A stretch of 22,909 nt of DNA from an uncultured Clostridium sp. (GTDB lineage Bacteria > Bacillota > Clostridia > TANB77 > CAG-508). Shown one piece after another: positions 1 through 8,538 of this stretch. The position numbers and the translations under genes were made by a program. The stretch lies in contig CAYXUA010000003.1 in NCBI GenBank assembly GCA_964468015.1, positions 1 to 22,909 of the forward strand, written 5' to 3'. How positions within the stretch are numbered: position 1 is the first letter of the stretch; each line of letters begins with the position of its first letter. The notes beneath the pieces were generated by a model. It was given only the letters and a program-made list of their open reading frames with translations. It searched no databases and was not told the origin of the DNA.

Positions 1-88
1 ATATTATAAATTATGTTTTTTTTAAAGGGGTTTATTAAATTTTAATAAAGATTTAACTTTTTTGGGTTTGCTAACAATAATCTTTTAC

Positions 89-117
89 TTGACATTCCTA
101 TTCTCATATTATACAAT
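89..117 (+). promoter_or_regulatory. sigma-70-like promoter (TTGACA-17 nt-TACAAT) for the small ORF
   Basis: TTGACA at 89-94, a 17-nt spacer, then TACAAT at 112-117. It lies just upstream of GGTGA and the ATG at 134. Confidence 0.4.
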
Positions 118-133
118 TCTTTTGGTGATTAAA

Positions 134-295
134 ATGAAAATAGGAAATGTTTTAAAATATAATATTAGAGTAATAGATGCAGATGATAATATTTTATATG
201 AAGGAATTTCAGATGATTCTGGTTCTGATATTAAAGAACTGGAATATAAAGAAGTAGTCGAATTGAATTCTAGTATAATGATATTAAGAGTATAG
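134..295 (+). CDS. small hypothetical protein (53 aa, MKIGNVLKYNIRVIDADD...)
   Basis: The internal ATG of ORF 62..295 is preceded by GGTGA and by the promoter at 89-117. The TTG-initiated N-terminal extension would start upstream of that promoter. A hairpin terminator follows. No family recognised. Confidence 0.4.
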   Translation: MKIGNVLKYNIRVIDADDNILYEGISDDSGSDIKELEYKEVVELNSSIMILRV

Positions 296-326
296 CCTTC
301 ATATTACTATTATTGTACAAAACAAA

Positions 327-362
327 AGCTATGAAATTCTTTTATTCAAAGATTTCATAGCT
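327..362 (+). terminator. hairpin terminator after the small ORF
   Basis: agctatgaaattcttt / aaagatttcatagct form a stem with one bulged T and loop tattc. The stem is followed by tattttatt. Confidence 0.6.
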
Positions 363-370
363 TATTTTAT

Positions 371-446
371 TGGCTGGGGTGGGAGGATTCGAACCGCCGA
401 AATGCCAGAGTCAAAGTCTGGTGCCTTACCACTTGGCTACACCCCA
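371..446 (-). tRNA. tRNA-Gln (anticodon UUG), CCA encoded
   Basis: Reverse complement is TGGGGTGTAGCCAAGTGGTAAGGCACCAGACTTTGACTCTGGCATTTCGGCGGTTCGAATCCTCCCACCCCAGCCA. Acceptor TGGGGTG pairs with CACCCCA, the anticodon loop is CTTTGAC, and the T-loop is TTCGAAT. There is one C-U mismatch in the T stem. Confidence 0.88.
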
Positions 447-517
447 ATATTAAGTTAAGGGTGAATAGTGAAGATTGAAAAGTTATACTTTTTTCTTCGT
501 TATTCTGTTTTATTTTA

Positions 518-595
518 TGGGGTGGAAGATGGGACTCGAACCCACGACCTCTAGTGCCACAAACTAGCGCTCTAACCAACTGCGCTACATCCACC
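518..595 (-). tRNA. tRNA-His (anticodon GUG) with G-1, CCA encoded
   Basis: Reverse complement is GGTGGATGTAGCGCAGTTGGTTAGAGCGCTAGTTTGTGGCACTAGAGGTCGTGGGTTCGAGTCCCATCTTCCACCCCA. The anticodon loop is TTGTGGC. The extra 5' G can pair with C73, which is typical of tRNA-His. Confidence 0.9.
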
Positions 596-627
596 AAATA
601 ACGGACCATTTATATAGTCCGTTATTA

Positions 628-657
628 ATTTTAACTTATTTATATTATATTTGTCAA
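628..657 (-). promoter_or_regulatory. candidate promoter for the tRNA-His/tRNA-Gln pair (TTGACA-18 nt-TAAAAT on the minus strand)
   Basis: Minus-strand TTGACA corresponds to plus 652-657 and TAAAAT to plus 628-633. It sits between the sortase stop and tRNA-His. Confidence 0.35.
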
Positions 658-685
658 TACTTTTTTAAAATTTTTTAAATTATTT

Positions 686-1378
686 TTATTCTGCTCTTGC
701 CCAAATTATTATTCTTCCGCTGCTATCATCTGTACAGGTTGATAAAGATATTTCCATAGCTCCATTTGTTTCTCTTGTCATATAATCTGAATCTTCTGGT
801 GTTGTTTCATATGTATTATATACAACATATGTAACTTTATTCCCATCTAAATCTGTTATGTAAATTTTATCTCCTACTGTTATCTTTTTATTATCAGAGA
901 AGAATAATCCATTTCTGTAGTTGTGTCCTACAATTACTGTATTCCCTGGTTTATTTAATCCTGGTCCATATAGTATTGCAACTGATGTTTCTATTGATTT
1001 TTTTGTAACTTCTTCTAGTACTGGGTATTTTATTCCTGTTTTTGGTATCTCTATATATCCTACCATTACAAATCCCTTATATAGCTTTGCACTATTTCCA
1101 CCTGAAGTTGTTGTATTTGTTGTATCTGAATTCATTACTCCATCTACATCTGGTTTTACTACATTTTCAGTTGATATAACATTATTTACAACGTTATTGT
1201 TATTATTTGTATTATTGTTAATTTGATTTTCTAATTCATTTATTGCATTCAGTGCATCTTTATCTGTACTATTTCTTGTATATACATCATACGCCCAAAA
1301 GCCTAAAAGTCCAATAATTGCAATTATTACTACTACTAATATAACGGTTAAGACATCACTATATTTACTATCAAACAT
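686..1378 (-). CDS. membrane-anchored sortase-family transpeptidase (paralogue 1, 230 aa)
   Basis: N-terminal TM segment (VLTVILVVVIIAIIGLLGFWAY) followed by an Asn/Thr-rich linker. Catalytic core has GNTVIVGHNYRNG (His), ISLSTC (a TLxTC-like Cys motif) and RIIIWA (Arg). The start is placed at the ATG preceded by GAGGAGGGG rather than the upstream ATG at 1405. Confidence 0.75.
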   Translation of the reverse strand: MFDSKYSDVLTVILVVVIIAIIGLLGFWAYDVYTRNSTDKDALNAINELENQINNNTNNNNNVVNNVISTENVVKPDVDGVMNSDTTNTTTSGGNSAKLYKGFVMVGYIEIPKTGIKYPVLEEVTKKSIETSVAILYGPGLNKPGNTVIVGHNYRNGLFFSDNKKITVGDKIYITDLDGNKVTYVVYNTYETTPEDSDYMTRETNGAMEISLSTCTDDSSGRIIIWARAE

Positions 1379-1460
1379 CTTTAACCCCTCCTCTATCTTT
1401 CGCATCTATATACTATAATTATACCATATTTTTTATTATTTTCATAGCCTTTTGTCGAAA

Positions 1461-2147
1461 TTATTGTTCTCTTGCCCAGATTATAATTCTTTTTGAAGTA
1501 TCATCATTGCAAGTTGATAGAGATATTTCTCTTGCTCCATTTGTTTCTCTTATCATATATTCTGCATCTTCTGGAGTTGTTTCGTACGTATTGTATACTA
1601 CATATGTAACTTTATTGCCATCTAAGTCTGTTATATATATTTTATCCCCTACTGCTATCTTTCTGTTATTTGAAAAGAACATTCCATTTCTATAATTGTG
1701 TCCTACAATTATTGTATTTCCCGGTTTATTTAGACCTGGTCCATGTAATACTCCAACAGACGCTTCTAGTGATGGTCCTGTTACTTCGGCTAAAACTGGT
1801 AGATTTACATTTGTTTTTGGTATTTCTATATATCCTGCAATTTCAAATCCTCTAAAAGTATTAGATGAATTTGTATTAATACTGCCGCTGTTTCCTGTGG
1901 TAACTGTATTTACCTCTGGTTTTGCTACATTTTCTATAATTTCATTAGTTGTATTTTCATTAATATTATTTTGAATTGTATTATTATGTTTTATCGCTTC
2001 TTCAAATTCATTTATCGCATTCATTGCTTCTTTTTCTAGCGAATTTTTGTTATAAATTTCATATGCCCAGAAACCTAATAATCCTATTATTGCTACTATA
2101 ACTATTATTAATAATATAGTTAATATACTATTATATTTATTTTCCAT
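1461..2147 (-). CDS. membrane-anchored sortase-family transpeptidase (paralogue 2, 228 aa)
   Basis: Same architecture as paralogue 1, with GNTIIVGHNYRNG, ISLSTC and RIIIWA. The C-terminal roughly 130 aa are nearly colinear with paralogue 1, consistent with tandem duplication. Confidence 0.75.
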   Translation of the reverse strand: MENKYNSILTILLIIVIVAIIGLLGFWAYEIYNKNSLEKEAMNAINEFEEAIKHNNTIQNNINENTTNEIIENVAKPEVNTVTTGNSGSINTNSSNTFRGFEIAGYIEIPKTNVNLPVLAEVTGPSLEASVGVLHGPGLNKPGNTIIVGHNYRNGMFFSNNRKIAVGDKIYITDLDGNKVTYVVYNTYETTPEDAEYMIRETNGAREISLSTCNDDTSKRIIIWAREQ

Positions 2148-2163
2148 TTTTATCCCTCACAAT

Positions 2164-2505
2164 TTATACAATTTTTGTATTAAGTTTAGTTCCTCCTAGT
2201 AGATGGAAATGTATGTGTTTCACTTCTTGCCCGCCATTTTCACCGCAATTTATTATAACCCTAAAGCCATCTTGTGCAATCCCTTGTTCTTCCGCAATTT
2301 GATTTATCACAGCATATATTTTTCCTATTACTGCTTCATCTTGTTTTTCTATATCTGTTATTTTTTCTATGTGTTTTTTTGGTATTACAACTATATGCAC
2401 AGGTGCTTGTGGGTTTATGTCTTTAAATGCTACTATTTCTTCATCTTCATATATTATAGTTGATGGTATTTCTTTATTTATAATTTTACAAAATATACAA
2501 TCCAT
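2164..2505 (-). CDS. HIT-family (histidine triad, Hint-like) nucleotide hydrolase
   Basis: 113 aa with MDCIFCKII... and the histidine triad HIHFHLLGG. Confidence 0.9.
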   Translation of the reverse strand: MDCIFCKIINKEIPSTIIYEDEEIVAFKDINPQAPVHIVVIPKKHIEKITDIEKQDEAVIGKIYAVINQIAEEQGIAQDGFRVIINCGENGGQEVKHIHFHLLGGTKLNTKIV

Positions 2506-2514
2506 AATTTCCTC

Positions 2515-4275
2515 CTACTCTTTCATTAGTACAGCCTTTATTCTTCTTACTCCAGCTGAACTAGCTTCTTCCTTCTTTATTTTGAATTTTCCTAAAATTC
2601 CTGTATGTTCTACATGTGGTCCTCCGCATATTTCCTTACTAAAATCTCCTATCGAATATACTTTTACTTTCTCTCCATATTTGCTTTCAAATAATCCCAT
2701 TGCACCTGCTGCTTTTGCTTCATCCACTGTCATTTCTTCGCATTTTACTTGTAAATCTTTTTCTATTTGCTCATTCACTATTTTTTCAACTTTCTCCAAT
2801 TCCTCTTTTGTTACTTTTTGAGGATGTGCAAAATCAAATCTTAGTCTTTCTGTTGTTATGTTTGAGCCTTTTTGCGTAGCATGCTCCCCAAGTACTATTT
2901 GTAAAGCCTTGTGAAGTAAGTGAGTTGCTGTATGATACGCTATGGTTGTTTCATTTTGCTCAGCTAGTCCACCTTTAAATTTATTTTCGCTTCCCATTTT
3001 AGATTTTTCTTGATGCTCTTTAAATAATTTATCAAATTCCGTTGTATCTATCTCTATGTTCTGCTCTTTTGCAAGTTCTATGGTCATCTCTAATGGAAAA
3101 CCATAAGTTTCATATAGTTTAAATACCACAGCTCCGTCTATTATCTCTTTTCCTTGCTCTCTTGCTCTTTTAGCTGCTTTATCAAATTCTCTTTCTCCAT
3201 TTTCTAGAGTTCTCATAAATTTATTTTGTTCTTCTGAAATGATTTTATGAATATTTGCTCTGTTTGCTTCTAATTCTGGGTACATTTCTTTTAAATTGTT
3301 AATTGTTATATCTATAACTTCTGCAAATTGTTCTAGAGTAATTTGTAATTTATTCAAGTGCCTTGTTAGTCTTCTTATTAATCTTCTTAAAATATACCCT
3401 CTATCAGTATTACTTGGGACTCCATCATCACAAATAATCATCATACTGCTTCTTATATGGTCTGATATAATTCTTCTGCTGTTTATGTCATCGTTTTGTG
3501 CAAGTTCTTTTAGTTTTTTCATTGTTGGAACAAATAGTTCTGTATCAAATGGAGTTTCTTTACCTTGTAAAAGCATTGTCATTCTTTCTAAGCCTAGTCC
3601 AGTATCTACATTTTGTTGTTCTAATTTTGTGTATACCCCTTCTTTTGATTTGTAGTATTCCATAAAAACATTGTTCCATATTTCTACATATTTGCCACAA
3701 TCGCAAGATGGATTACAATTCTCCGAACATGCAGGTTTTCCAGTATCATAAAACATTTCTGTATCTGGTCCACAAGGGCCTTCATCTCCTGCAATCCACC
3801 AGTTATCATCTTTTCCAAAATGATATATTCTTTCTTGTGGAATTCCAGCTTTAAGCCAAGCCTCTTCTGCCACAGTATCTCTTGGAGCATCTTCATCTCC
3901 TGCAAAAACTGTAACTGATAGCTTCTCTACTGGTATATTTAATACCTTTGTTAAAAATTCAAAGCTCATTTGTATAGCTTCTTCCTTAAAATATGCACCT
4001 AAAGACCAATTACCAAGCATTTCAAAATATGTTAAATGACGGTTATCTCCAACTTCGTCAATATCAACTGTTCTAATACATTTTTGGTAATCTGTAAGCT
4101 TATTACCAGCTGGATGCTTTTCTCCTAGTAGATATGGCACAAGTGGTTGCATACCAGCAGTTGTAAATAATACAGAAGGGTCATTTTCTGGTATTACAGG
4201 GCTGCTTGGGATTACGCTATGTCCTTTACTTTTAAAGAATTCTAAGTATTTATTTCTTATTTCTATTGCTCTCAT
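2515..4275 (-). CDS. alaS: alanine--tRNA ligase, short form (586 aa; catalytic plus editing domains, no C-Ala domain)
   Basis: AlaRS N-terminus (RNKYLEFFKSKGHSVIPSSPVIPENDPSVLFTTAGMQP), then FEMLGNWSLGAYFK, GPCGPDTEMFYD and VDTGLGLERM. Editing-domain motifs HTATHLLH and CGGPHV are present. The protein ends about 40 aa after CGGPHV. Start is set at the ATG after AAGGGGGA (M11 of the ORF). Confidence 0.85.
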   Translation of the reverse strand: MRAIEIRNKYLEFFKSKGHSVIPSSPVIPENDPSVLFTTAGMQPLVPYLLGEKHPAGNKLTDYQKCIRTVDIDEVGDNRHLTYFEMLGNWSLGAYFKEEAIQMSFEFLTKVLNIPVEKLSVTVFAGDEDAPRDTVAEEAWLKAGIPQERIYHFGKDDNWWIAGDEGPCGPDTEMFYDTGKPACSENCNPSCDCGKYVEIWNNVFMEYYKSKEGVYTKLEQQNVDTGLGLERMTMLLQGKETPFDTELFVPTMKKLKELAQNDDINSRRIISDHIRSSMMIICDDGVPSNTDRGYILRRLIRRLTRHLNKLQITLEQFAEVIDITINNLKEMYPELEANRANIHKIISEEQNKFMRTLENGEREFDKAAKRAREQGKEIIDGAVVFKLYETYGFPLEMTIELAKEQNIEIDTTEFDKLFKEHQEKSKMGSENKFKGGLAEQNETTIAYHTATHLLHKALQIVLGEHATQKGSNITTERLRFDFAHPQKVTKEELEKVEKIVNEQIEKDLQVKCEEMTVDEAKAAGAMGLFESKYGEKVKVYSIGDFSKEICGGPHVEHTGILGKFKIKKEEASSAGVRRIKAVLMKE

Positions 4276-4323
4276 TTTTCCCCCTTTTCCATTGCCAAAA
4301 GGCAATTATTTTATGCTTTTTAG

Positions 4324-4352
4324 ATTATATTATAAAATATTGTAAAAATCAA
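4324..4352 (-). promoter_or_regulatory. sigma-70-like promoter for the alaS operon (TTGATT-17 nt-TATAAT on the minus strand)
   Basis: Minus-strand TTGATT corresponds to plus 4347-4352 and TATAAT to plus 4324-4329, with an exact 17-nt spacer. It lies about 50 nt upstream of the alaS ATG. Confidence 0.5.
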
Positions 4353-4465
4353 TAAAAAGATAACGAATTTTCAGTATCCTTTTATTTAGTTTATTTTTTT
4401 TGTGCGGCCCCCTATCAGACTCTTCAAAAAGCATTCAATTTTTTCAACTTTTTTATGTTTTTTTC

Positions 4466-4494
4466 TTTACAAATTGCTAATACTAAGATAAAAT
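4466..4494 (+). promoter_or_regulatory. sigma-70-like promoter for tsaE operon (TTTACA-17 nt-TAAAAT)
   Basis: TTTACA at 4466-4471, TAAAAT at 4489-4494, about 40 nt upstream of tsaE ATG 4534. Confidence 0.45.
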
Positions 4495-4533
4495 TAGCAT
4501 ATAAATTTATTTTTTGTAGAAACAGGTGGAATT

Positions 4534-5007
4534 ATGTTTAAATTTATTTCTCATTCAGAAGATGAAACAATCAATTTAGCTTGTAAAATAGCAAGCAAAC
4601 TAAACAATGGAGATTTAATTGTATTATCTGGAAATTTAGGTTCTGGAAAAACTAGATTCACTCAAGGAGTTTTACGAAATTTTGGTTTAGAAAACGATAT
4701 TTCAAGCCCTACTTTCACTATTGTAAATGAGCACCAGGCTGGTAGCACAAACATTTATCACTTCGATGTCTATAGATTACAAGATGTTGATGAATTTTAT
4801 GCTATTGGTGGCGAGGAATATCTTGCAAATGGTATTTGTATTATTGAATGGGGCGAAATAATAGAATCTATTTTACCTAATGACTATATTAAAGTTATTT
4901 TCGAGAGAGATCCTGAAAACGAGAACAATCGTATATTAAATTTTGAAGTACATGGTGATAGATTACTTCCTATTGTTAAGGAGGTTTTAGAAATTGAAAA
5001 TACTTAG
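4534..5007 (+). CDS. tsaE: tRNA t6A37 threonylcarbamoyl-adenosine biosynthesis ATPase TsaE (YjeE)
   Basis: P-loop GNLGSGKTRFTQG, plus SPTFTIVNEH and YHFDVYRL, which are typical of TsaE. 157 aa. Confidence 0.9.
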   Translation: MFKFISHSEDETINLACKIASKLNNGDLIVLSGNLGSGKTRFTQGVLRNFGLENDISSPTFTIVNEHQAGSTNIYHFDVYRLQDVDEFYAIGGEEYLANGICIIEWGEIIESILPNDYIKVIFERDPENENNRILNFEVHGDRLLPIVKEVLEIENT

Positions 5008-5669
5008 TATTACTACTTCTAGTAGTGTATGCTCTGTTTGTATTCTGGATAATACTAATATAATAAAAGAATTAAGCCTAGATAATGCTAAAACTCATTC
5101 TGAAAATTTAATGCCTCTTATTTCTCAAGTACTTAGCCAAGCCCCAACTTCACTTGATGATATAGATTATATTGCTTGTGATATTGGCCCTCGGTTCTTT
5201 TACTGGTATAAGAATTGGTATCGCTTCAGTAAAGGCCATGGCAGAAGCTAAAAATATTAAAATAATTCCAGTAACTTCTTTAGAAGCTCTAGCTTACAAT
5301 GTAGATGCTTCTGAAAATTATATTTGTAGTTTAATTGATGCTAGAAATAACAATGCTTATTCTGGCTTATTTGACTCTAATTATAATATAATCCAAAATT
5401 TCTCGGCAGATAGTATTGATGCAATAATAGAAAATTTGCCTGATAAAAAAATAATTTTTGTAGGAAATGCTGCTGAAATCCATAGAGAAAAAATTATAGG
5501 AGTTTTAGGAAATAATGCAATTTTTATAGATAACAATTCACTTTCTTCTGCTAAGCTTGGAATTTGTGCATATACTAAAATTTTAAATAACGAATATGTA
5601 ACAGCTGATACCCTACTTCCATTATATCTACGAAAATCACAGGCTGAAAGGATGTTAGAGAATGGATAA
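4994..5669 (+). CDS. tsaB: TsaB (YeaZ) t6A biosynthesis protein, interrupted by a +1 frame break at an in-frame CGG (5192-5194)
   Basis: Two fragments, 4994..5251 and 5172..5669, are one frame apart. TTG start follows AAGGAGG. Skipping C5192 turns ...DIGP-R-FFYW into DIGPGSFTGIRIGIASVKAMAEA, the canonical TsaB GPGSFTG motif. The total length is 676 nt, which is 3n+1. Confidence 0.85.
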
Positions 5670-6111
5670 TTTTCAAATTTCCTTTATGACTTTAGAAGAT
5701 TTAAATAGCATATCTTCTACACTAAATACAGCTTTTGATAGTTTTTGGAATTATAATATTATAAAATCTGAAATTGATAATCCGGGCTCTTTTGTTCTTG
5801 TTGCTAAAGAGAATAATCAAATAATTGGTTTTGCTGGAATATGGAAAGCTGTTGATATTATGCATTTAATGGATATTGTGGTTGCTAAAGCTTATAGGAG
5901 AAAACACATTGCTAGTCTTTTGCTAGAAGAGATAATAAATTTAAGTTTAAAAAATGACATAAATGAACTAACTCTAGAGGTTAGCCAAAATAATTTACCA
6001 GCCATTAATCTTTATACCAAATTCGGTTTTAAAGAATTAGGCATAAGAAAAAACTATTATGGAGTAAATAATAATGCAATTATTATGACTCTTTACATAG
6101 ATAAAAAATAA
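5662..6111 (+). CDS. rimI: GNAT acetyltransferase, ribosomal-protein-alanine N-acetyltransferase RimI-like
   Basis: 149 aa GNAT fold (VAKAYRRKHIASLLLEE, LEVSQNNLPAINLYTKFGF). It sits in the conserved tsaE-tsaB-rimI position and its start overlaps the tsaB stop (ATGGATAA). Confidence 0.8.
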   Translation: MDNFQISFMTLEDLNSISSTLNTAFDSFWNYNIIKSEIDNPGSFVLVAKENNQIIGFAGIWKAVDIMHLMDIVVAKAYRRKHIASLLLEEIINLSLKNDINELTLEVSQNNLPAINLYTKFGFKELGIRKNYYGVNNNAIIMTLYIDKK

Positions 6112-6125
6112 GGAGGAACATTTAA

Positions 6126-8534
6126 GTGAAAAAAACAAATGAACTTGATTACACTCATTTAAGAGAGGTTTGTAATCCTAATATGTTTAAATTTAAAACA
6201 ACTGAAGAATTAGCAGGAACTAAAGAAGTTGTATATGGTCAAGAAAGAGGAATTAAAGCACTTGAATTTGGTGTTCAAGTAGAAGCTAAAGGATATAATC
6301 TTTATGTTGAAGGTCCTTCTGGCGTTGGCAAAACTATATATACAAGGAATTATCTAAGAAAAATTTCTAAAAAGAAAAAAATCCCACATGATTGGTGTTA
6401 TATCTATAATTTCGATAATCCAAATGAACCAATTGCAGTTTCTTTCCCTGCCGGTCAAGGTAAAGTATTCAAAAAGGCTATGTCTGATTTTGTTAAGGAT
6501 ATAAAATTAGATATAAAAAGGACTTTTAATAATGAAGACTTTGAAAAAGAAAAGAAATTAATAAAACAAGATTATGAAGAAAAAAGAGCTATCCTTCTTG
6601 AAAAATTAAACGACCAAACAATTAAACACGGCTTCCAAGTAAAATCTGCTCAAAATGGTATTTATATGATGCCTGTTTTAAACGGTAAAACTCTTGATGA
6701 AGAGGAATTTGATAAATTAGATGAAGCTATCAAAAAGGAATTTGAAGATAAATCCAATATTGTTCAAGAACAAATTTTTACTGCTATTAGTGAAATTAAA
6801 TTAATTGAAAAAGAAGCTGATAGAAAAATTGAAGAATGGCAATCCAATGTTGCTCTTCTTACAATTAACCTTCATATAAATGCCATGAAAGCTAATTATA
6901 AGAGAAATAAGAAAATAAATAAATATCTTGATAATATTAAAGCAGACATATTAAAAAATATCTCTTGCTTTGTAAATGATGGAAACCCAGACCCTAAACA
7001 ACAACAAACCTCTCAAGCAATGGCTCAAAAACCTGAAAAATTTAAACCTTGGTTAAATTACAAAGTCAATCTTTTTGTTGACAACAGTGCTTTAGAAGGC
7101 GCTCCTGTTATTATGGACTCTAATTACTCATACCAAAATATTTTTGGAAGACTGGAGTACGAAAATCAATTTGGTGCTTTAAAAACTGACTTCACAATGC
7201 TAAAGCCTGGACTTCTACACCAAGCTAATGGCGGATATATAATATTCCAAGCCAAAGATTTAATCGCAAATCCTGCTTGCTATGAAGGTTTAAAGAAAGC
7301 ATTAAATGTTAAACAATTAAATATAGAAAACACAGTTGACCAACGTACTTCTATGGTTCTTGTTTCTTTGAAACCTGAGCCTATCCCTTTAGATGTAAAA
7401 GTTATACTAGTAGGCGATGCAAATGTATATTATACCCTACTTTCTCTTGATGAAGACTTTAGAAAACTTTTCAAAATAAAAGTTGAATTTGAAGAAGATG
7501 CACCAAGAAATGAAGAAAATATAATGATGCTTGCTGAATTTATTAGTGGTTTCTGCAAACGTGAAGAAATTCTTGAATTAGATAAAGAAGCAATGGCAAA
7601 AATAGTTGAATTTTCTTCTGGACTTGCTGCCGATAAGAATAAGATATCTACCAGATTTAATGAAATGAGCCAAATAGTTGCTGAAGCATCAACTTGGGCA
7701 AAACTTGCCAGAAAGAAAATTATAACAAAGGAATTTATACAAAAGGCTTTAGATGAGCGTATTGAAAGAATTAAGAAATACGATTCTAAATATATGGAAA
7801 TGATTAAAGAAAACACACTATTAATCTCAACTGAAGGAAATGAAGTTGGACAAATAAATGGTTTAACTGTTATGACAATTGGTGATTATTCTTTTGGTAA
7901 ACCTTCCAAAATAACTGTTAACACATATTTAGGTAAGAGTGGAATTATAGACATTGAACGTGAAATAGAACAATCTGGTTCCTCTCATTCAAAGGGAGTA
8001 TTAATATTAGAAGGATATCTAGGCCAAACCTTTGCACAAGAATTCCCACTTTCAGTAAACGCAAGTATTTGTTTTGAACAGCTATATGGCGGAGTTGATG
8101 GAGATAGTGCTTCAAGTACAGAGCTATATGCCCTACTTTCTAGCTTATCGGGAATTCCAATTAATCAATCAATTGCAGTTACTGGTTCAGTTAACCAAAA
8201 AGGAGAAATTCAACCAATAGGCGGAATAAATGAAAAAATAGAAGGATTTTATCAAATTTGCAAAATGCGCGGATTTAATAAAAAACATGGAGTAATAATG
8301 CCAGTACAAAATGTAAGAAACCTACATTTATCTGATGACATAATAGAAGATGTAAAACAAGGAAACTTCCACATATACGCAATTAATACAATAGACGAAG
8401 GAATAGAAATATTAACTGGCGTACCAGCTGGCAAGAAAAACAAAGACGGCAAATTCCCTGCTGGAAGTATAAATTATTTGGTATATGAAAAATTAAAGAA
8501 ATATGCTGATATAAGTAGTGCTAGAGAGAAATAA
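6126..8534 (+). CDS. Lon-family AAA+ protease lacking the Lon N-domain (LonC-like, 802 aa)
   Basis: Walker A GPSGVGKT, followed by a long charged helical insertion. The C-terminal S16 protease domain carries GDSASSTELYALLSSL (catalytic Ser) and VTGSVNQKGEIQPIGGINEKIEGF (Lys). GTG start follows AAGGAGG. Confidence 0.85.
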   Translation: MKKTNELDYTHLREVCNPNMFKFKTTEELAGTKEVVYGQERGIKALEFGVQVEAKGYNLYVEGPSGVGKTIYTRNYLRKISKKKKIPHDWCYIYNFDNPNEPIAVSFPAGQGKVFKKAMSDFVKDIKLDIKRTFNNEDFEKEKKLIKQDYEEKRAILLEKLNDQTIKHGFQVKSAQNGIYMMPVLNGKTLDEEEFDKLDEAIKKEFEDKSNIVQEQIFTAISEIKLIEKEADRKIEEWQSNVALLTINLHINAMKANYKRNKKINKYLDNIKADILKNISCFVNDGNPDPKQQQTSQAMAQKPEKFKPWLNYKVNLFVDNSALEGAPVIMDSNYSYQNIFGRLEYENQFGALKTDFTMLKPGLLHQANGGYIIFQAKDLIANPACYEGLKKALNVKQLNIENTVDQRTSMVLVSLKPEPIPLDVKVILVGDANVYYTLLSLDEDFRKLFKIKVEFEEDAPRNEENIMMLAEFISGFCKREEILELDKEAMAKIVEFSSGLAADKNKISTRFNEMSQIVAEASTWAKLARKKIITKEFIQKALDERIERIKKYDSKYMEMIKENTLLISTEGNEVGQINGLTVMTIGDYSFGKPSKITVNTYLGKSGIIDIEREIEQSGSSHSKGVLILEGYLGQTFAQEFPLSVNASICFEQLYGGVDGDSASSTELYALLSSLSGIPINQSIAVTGSVNQKGEIQPIGGINEKIEGFYQICKMRGFNKKHGVIMPVQNVRNLHLSDDIIEDVKQGNFHIYAINTIDEGIEILTGVPAGKKNKDGKFPAGSINYLVYEKLKKYADISSAREK

Positions 8535-8538
8535 CGAA

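Noticed and set aside
62-133. TTG-initiated hydrophobic N-terminal extension of the first small ORF
   Set aside because: It has no RBS, and it starts upstream of the TTGACA-17-TACAAT promoter that fits the internal ATG at 134. The composition is AT-driven Phe/Leu/Tyr/Ile.
367-609. 80 aa minus-strand ORF (MVRYLVDVAQLVRALV...)
   Set aside because: It lies entirely over the tRNA-Gln and tRNA-His genes and their spacer. The translation is simply tRNA sequence read as protein.
597-626. Hairpin aataacggac-N10-gtccgttatt between sortase 1 and tRNA-His, as a possible terminator
   Set aside because: There is no convincing U-tract on the minus strand, and it sits at or downstream of the predicted tRNA promoter start site. 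It may be a processing element, but this cannot be supported from sequence alone.
3684-3905. 73 aa minus-strand ORF inside alaS
   Set aside because: It is an alternative frame nested within the well-supported AlaRS coding sequence and has no independent signals.
4276-4533. Possible T-box riboswitch or other leader upstream of alaS; GC-rich patch gtgcggccccctatcag at about 4402-4418
   Set aside because: No T-box consensus (no GGTGGTACCGCG-like sequence, no specifier or antiterminator architecture), and the promoter leaves only about 50 nt of leader. The GC-rich patch has no partner to pair with and lies upstream of both divergent promoters.
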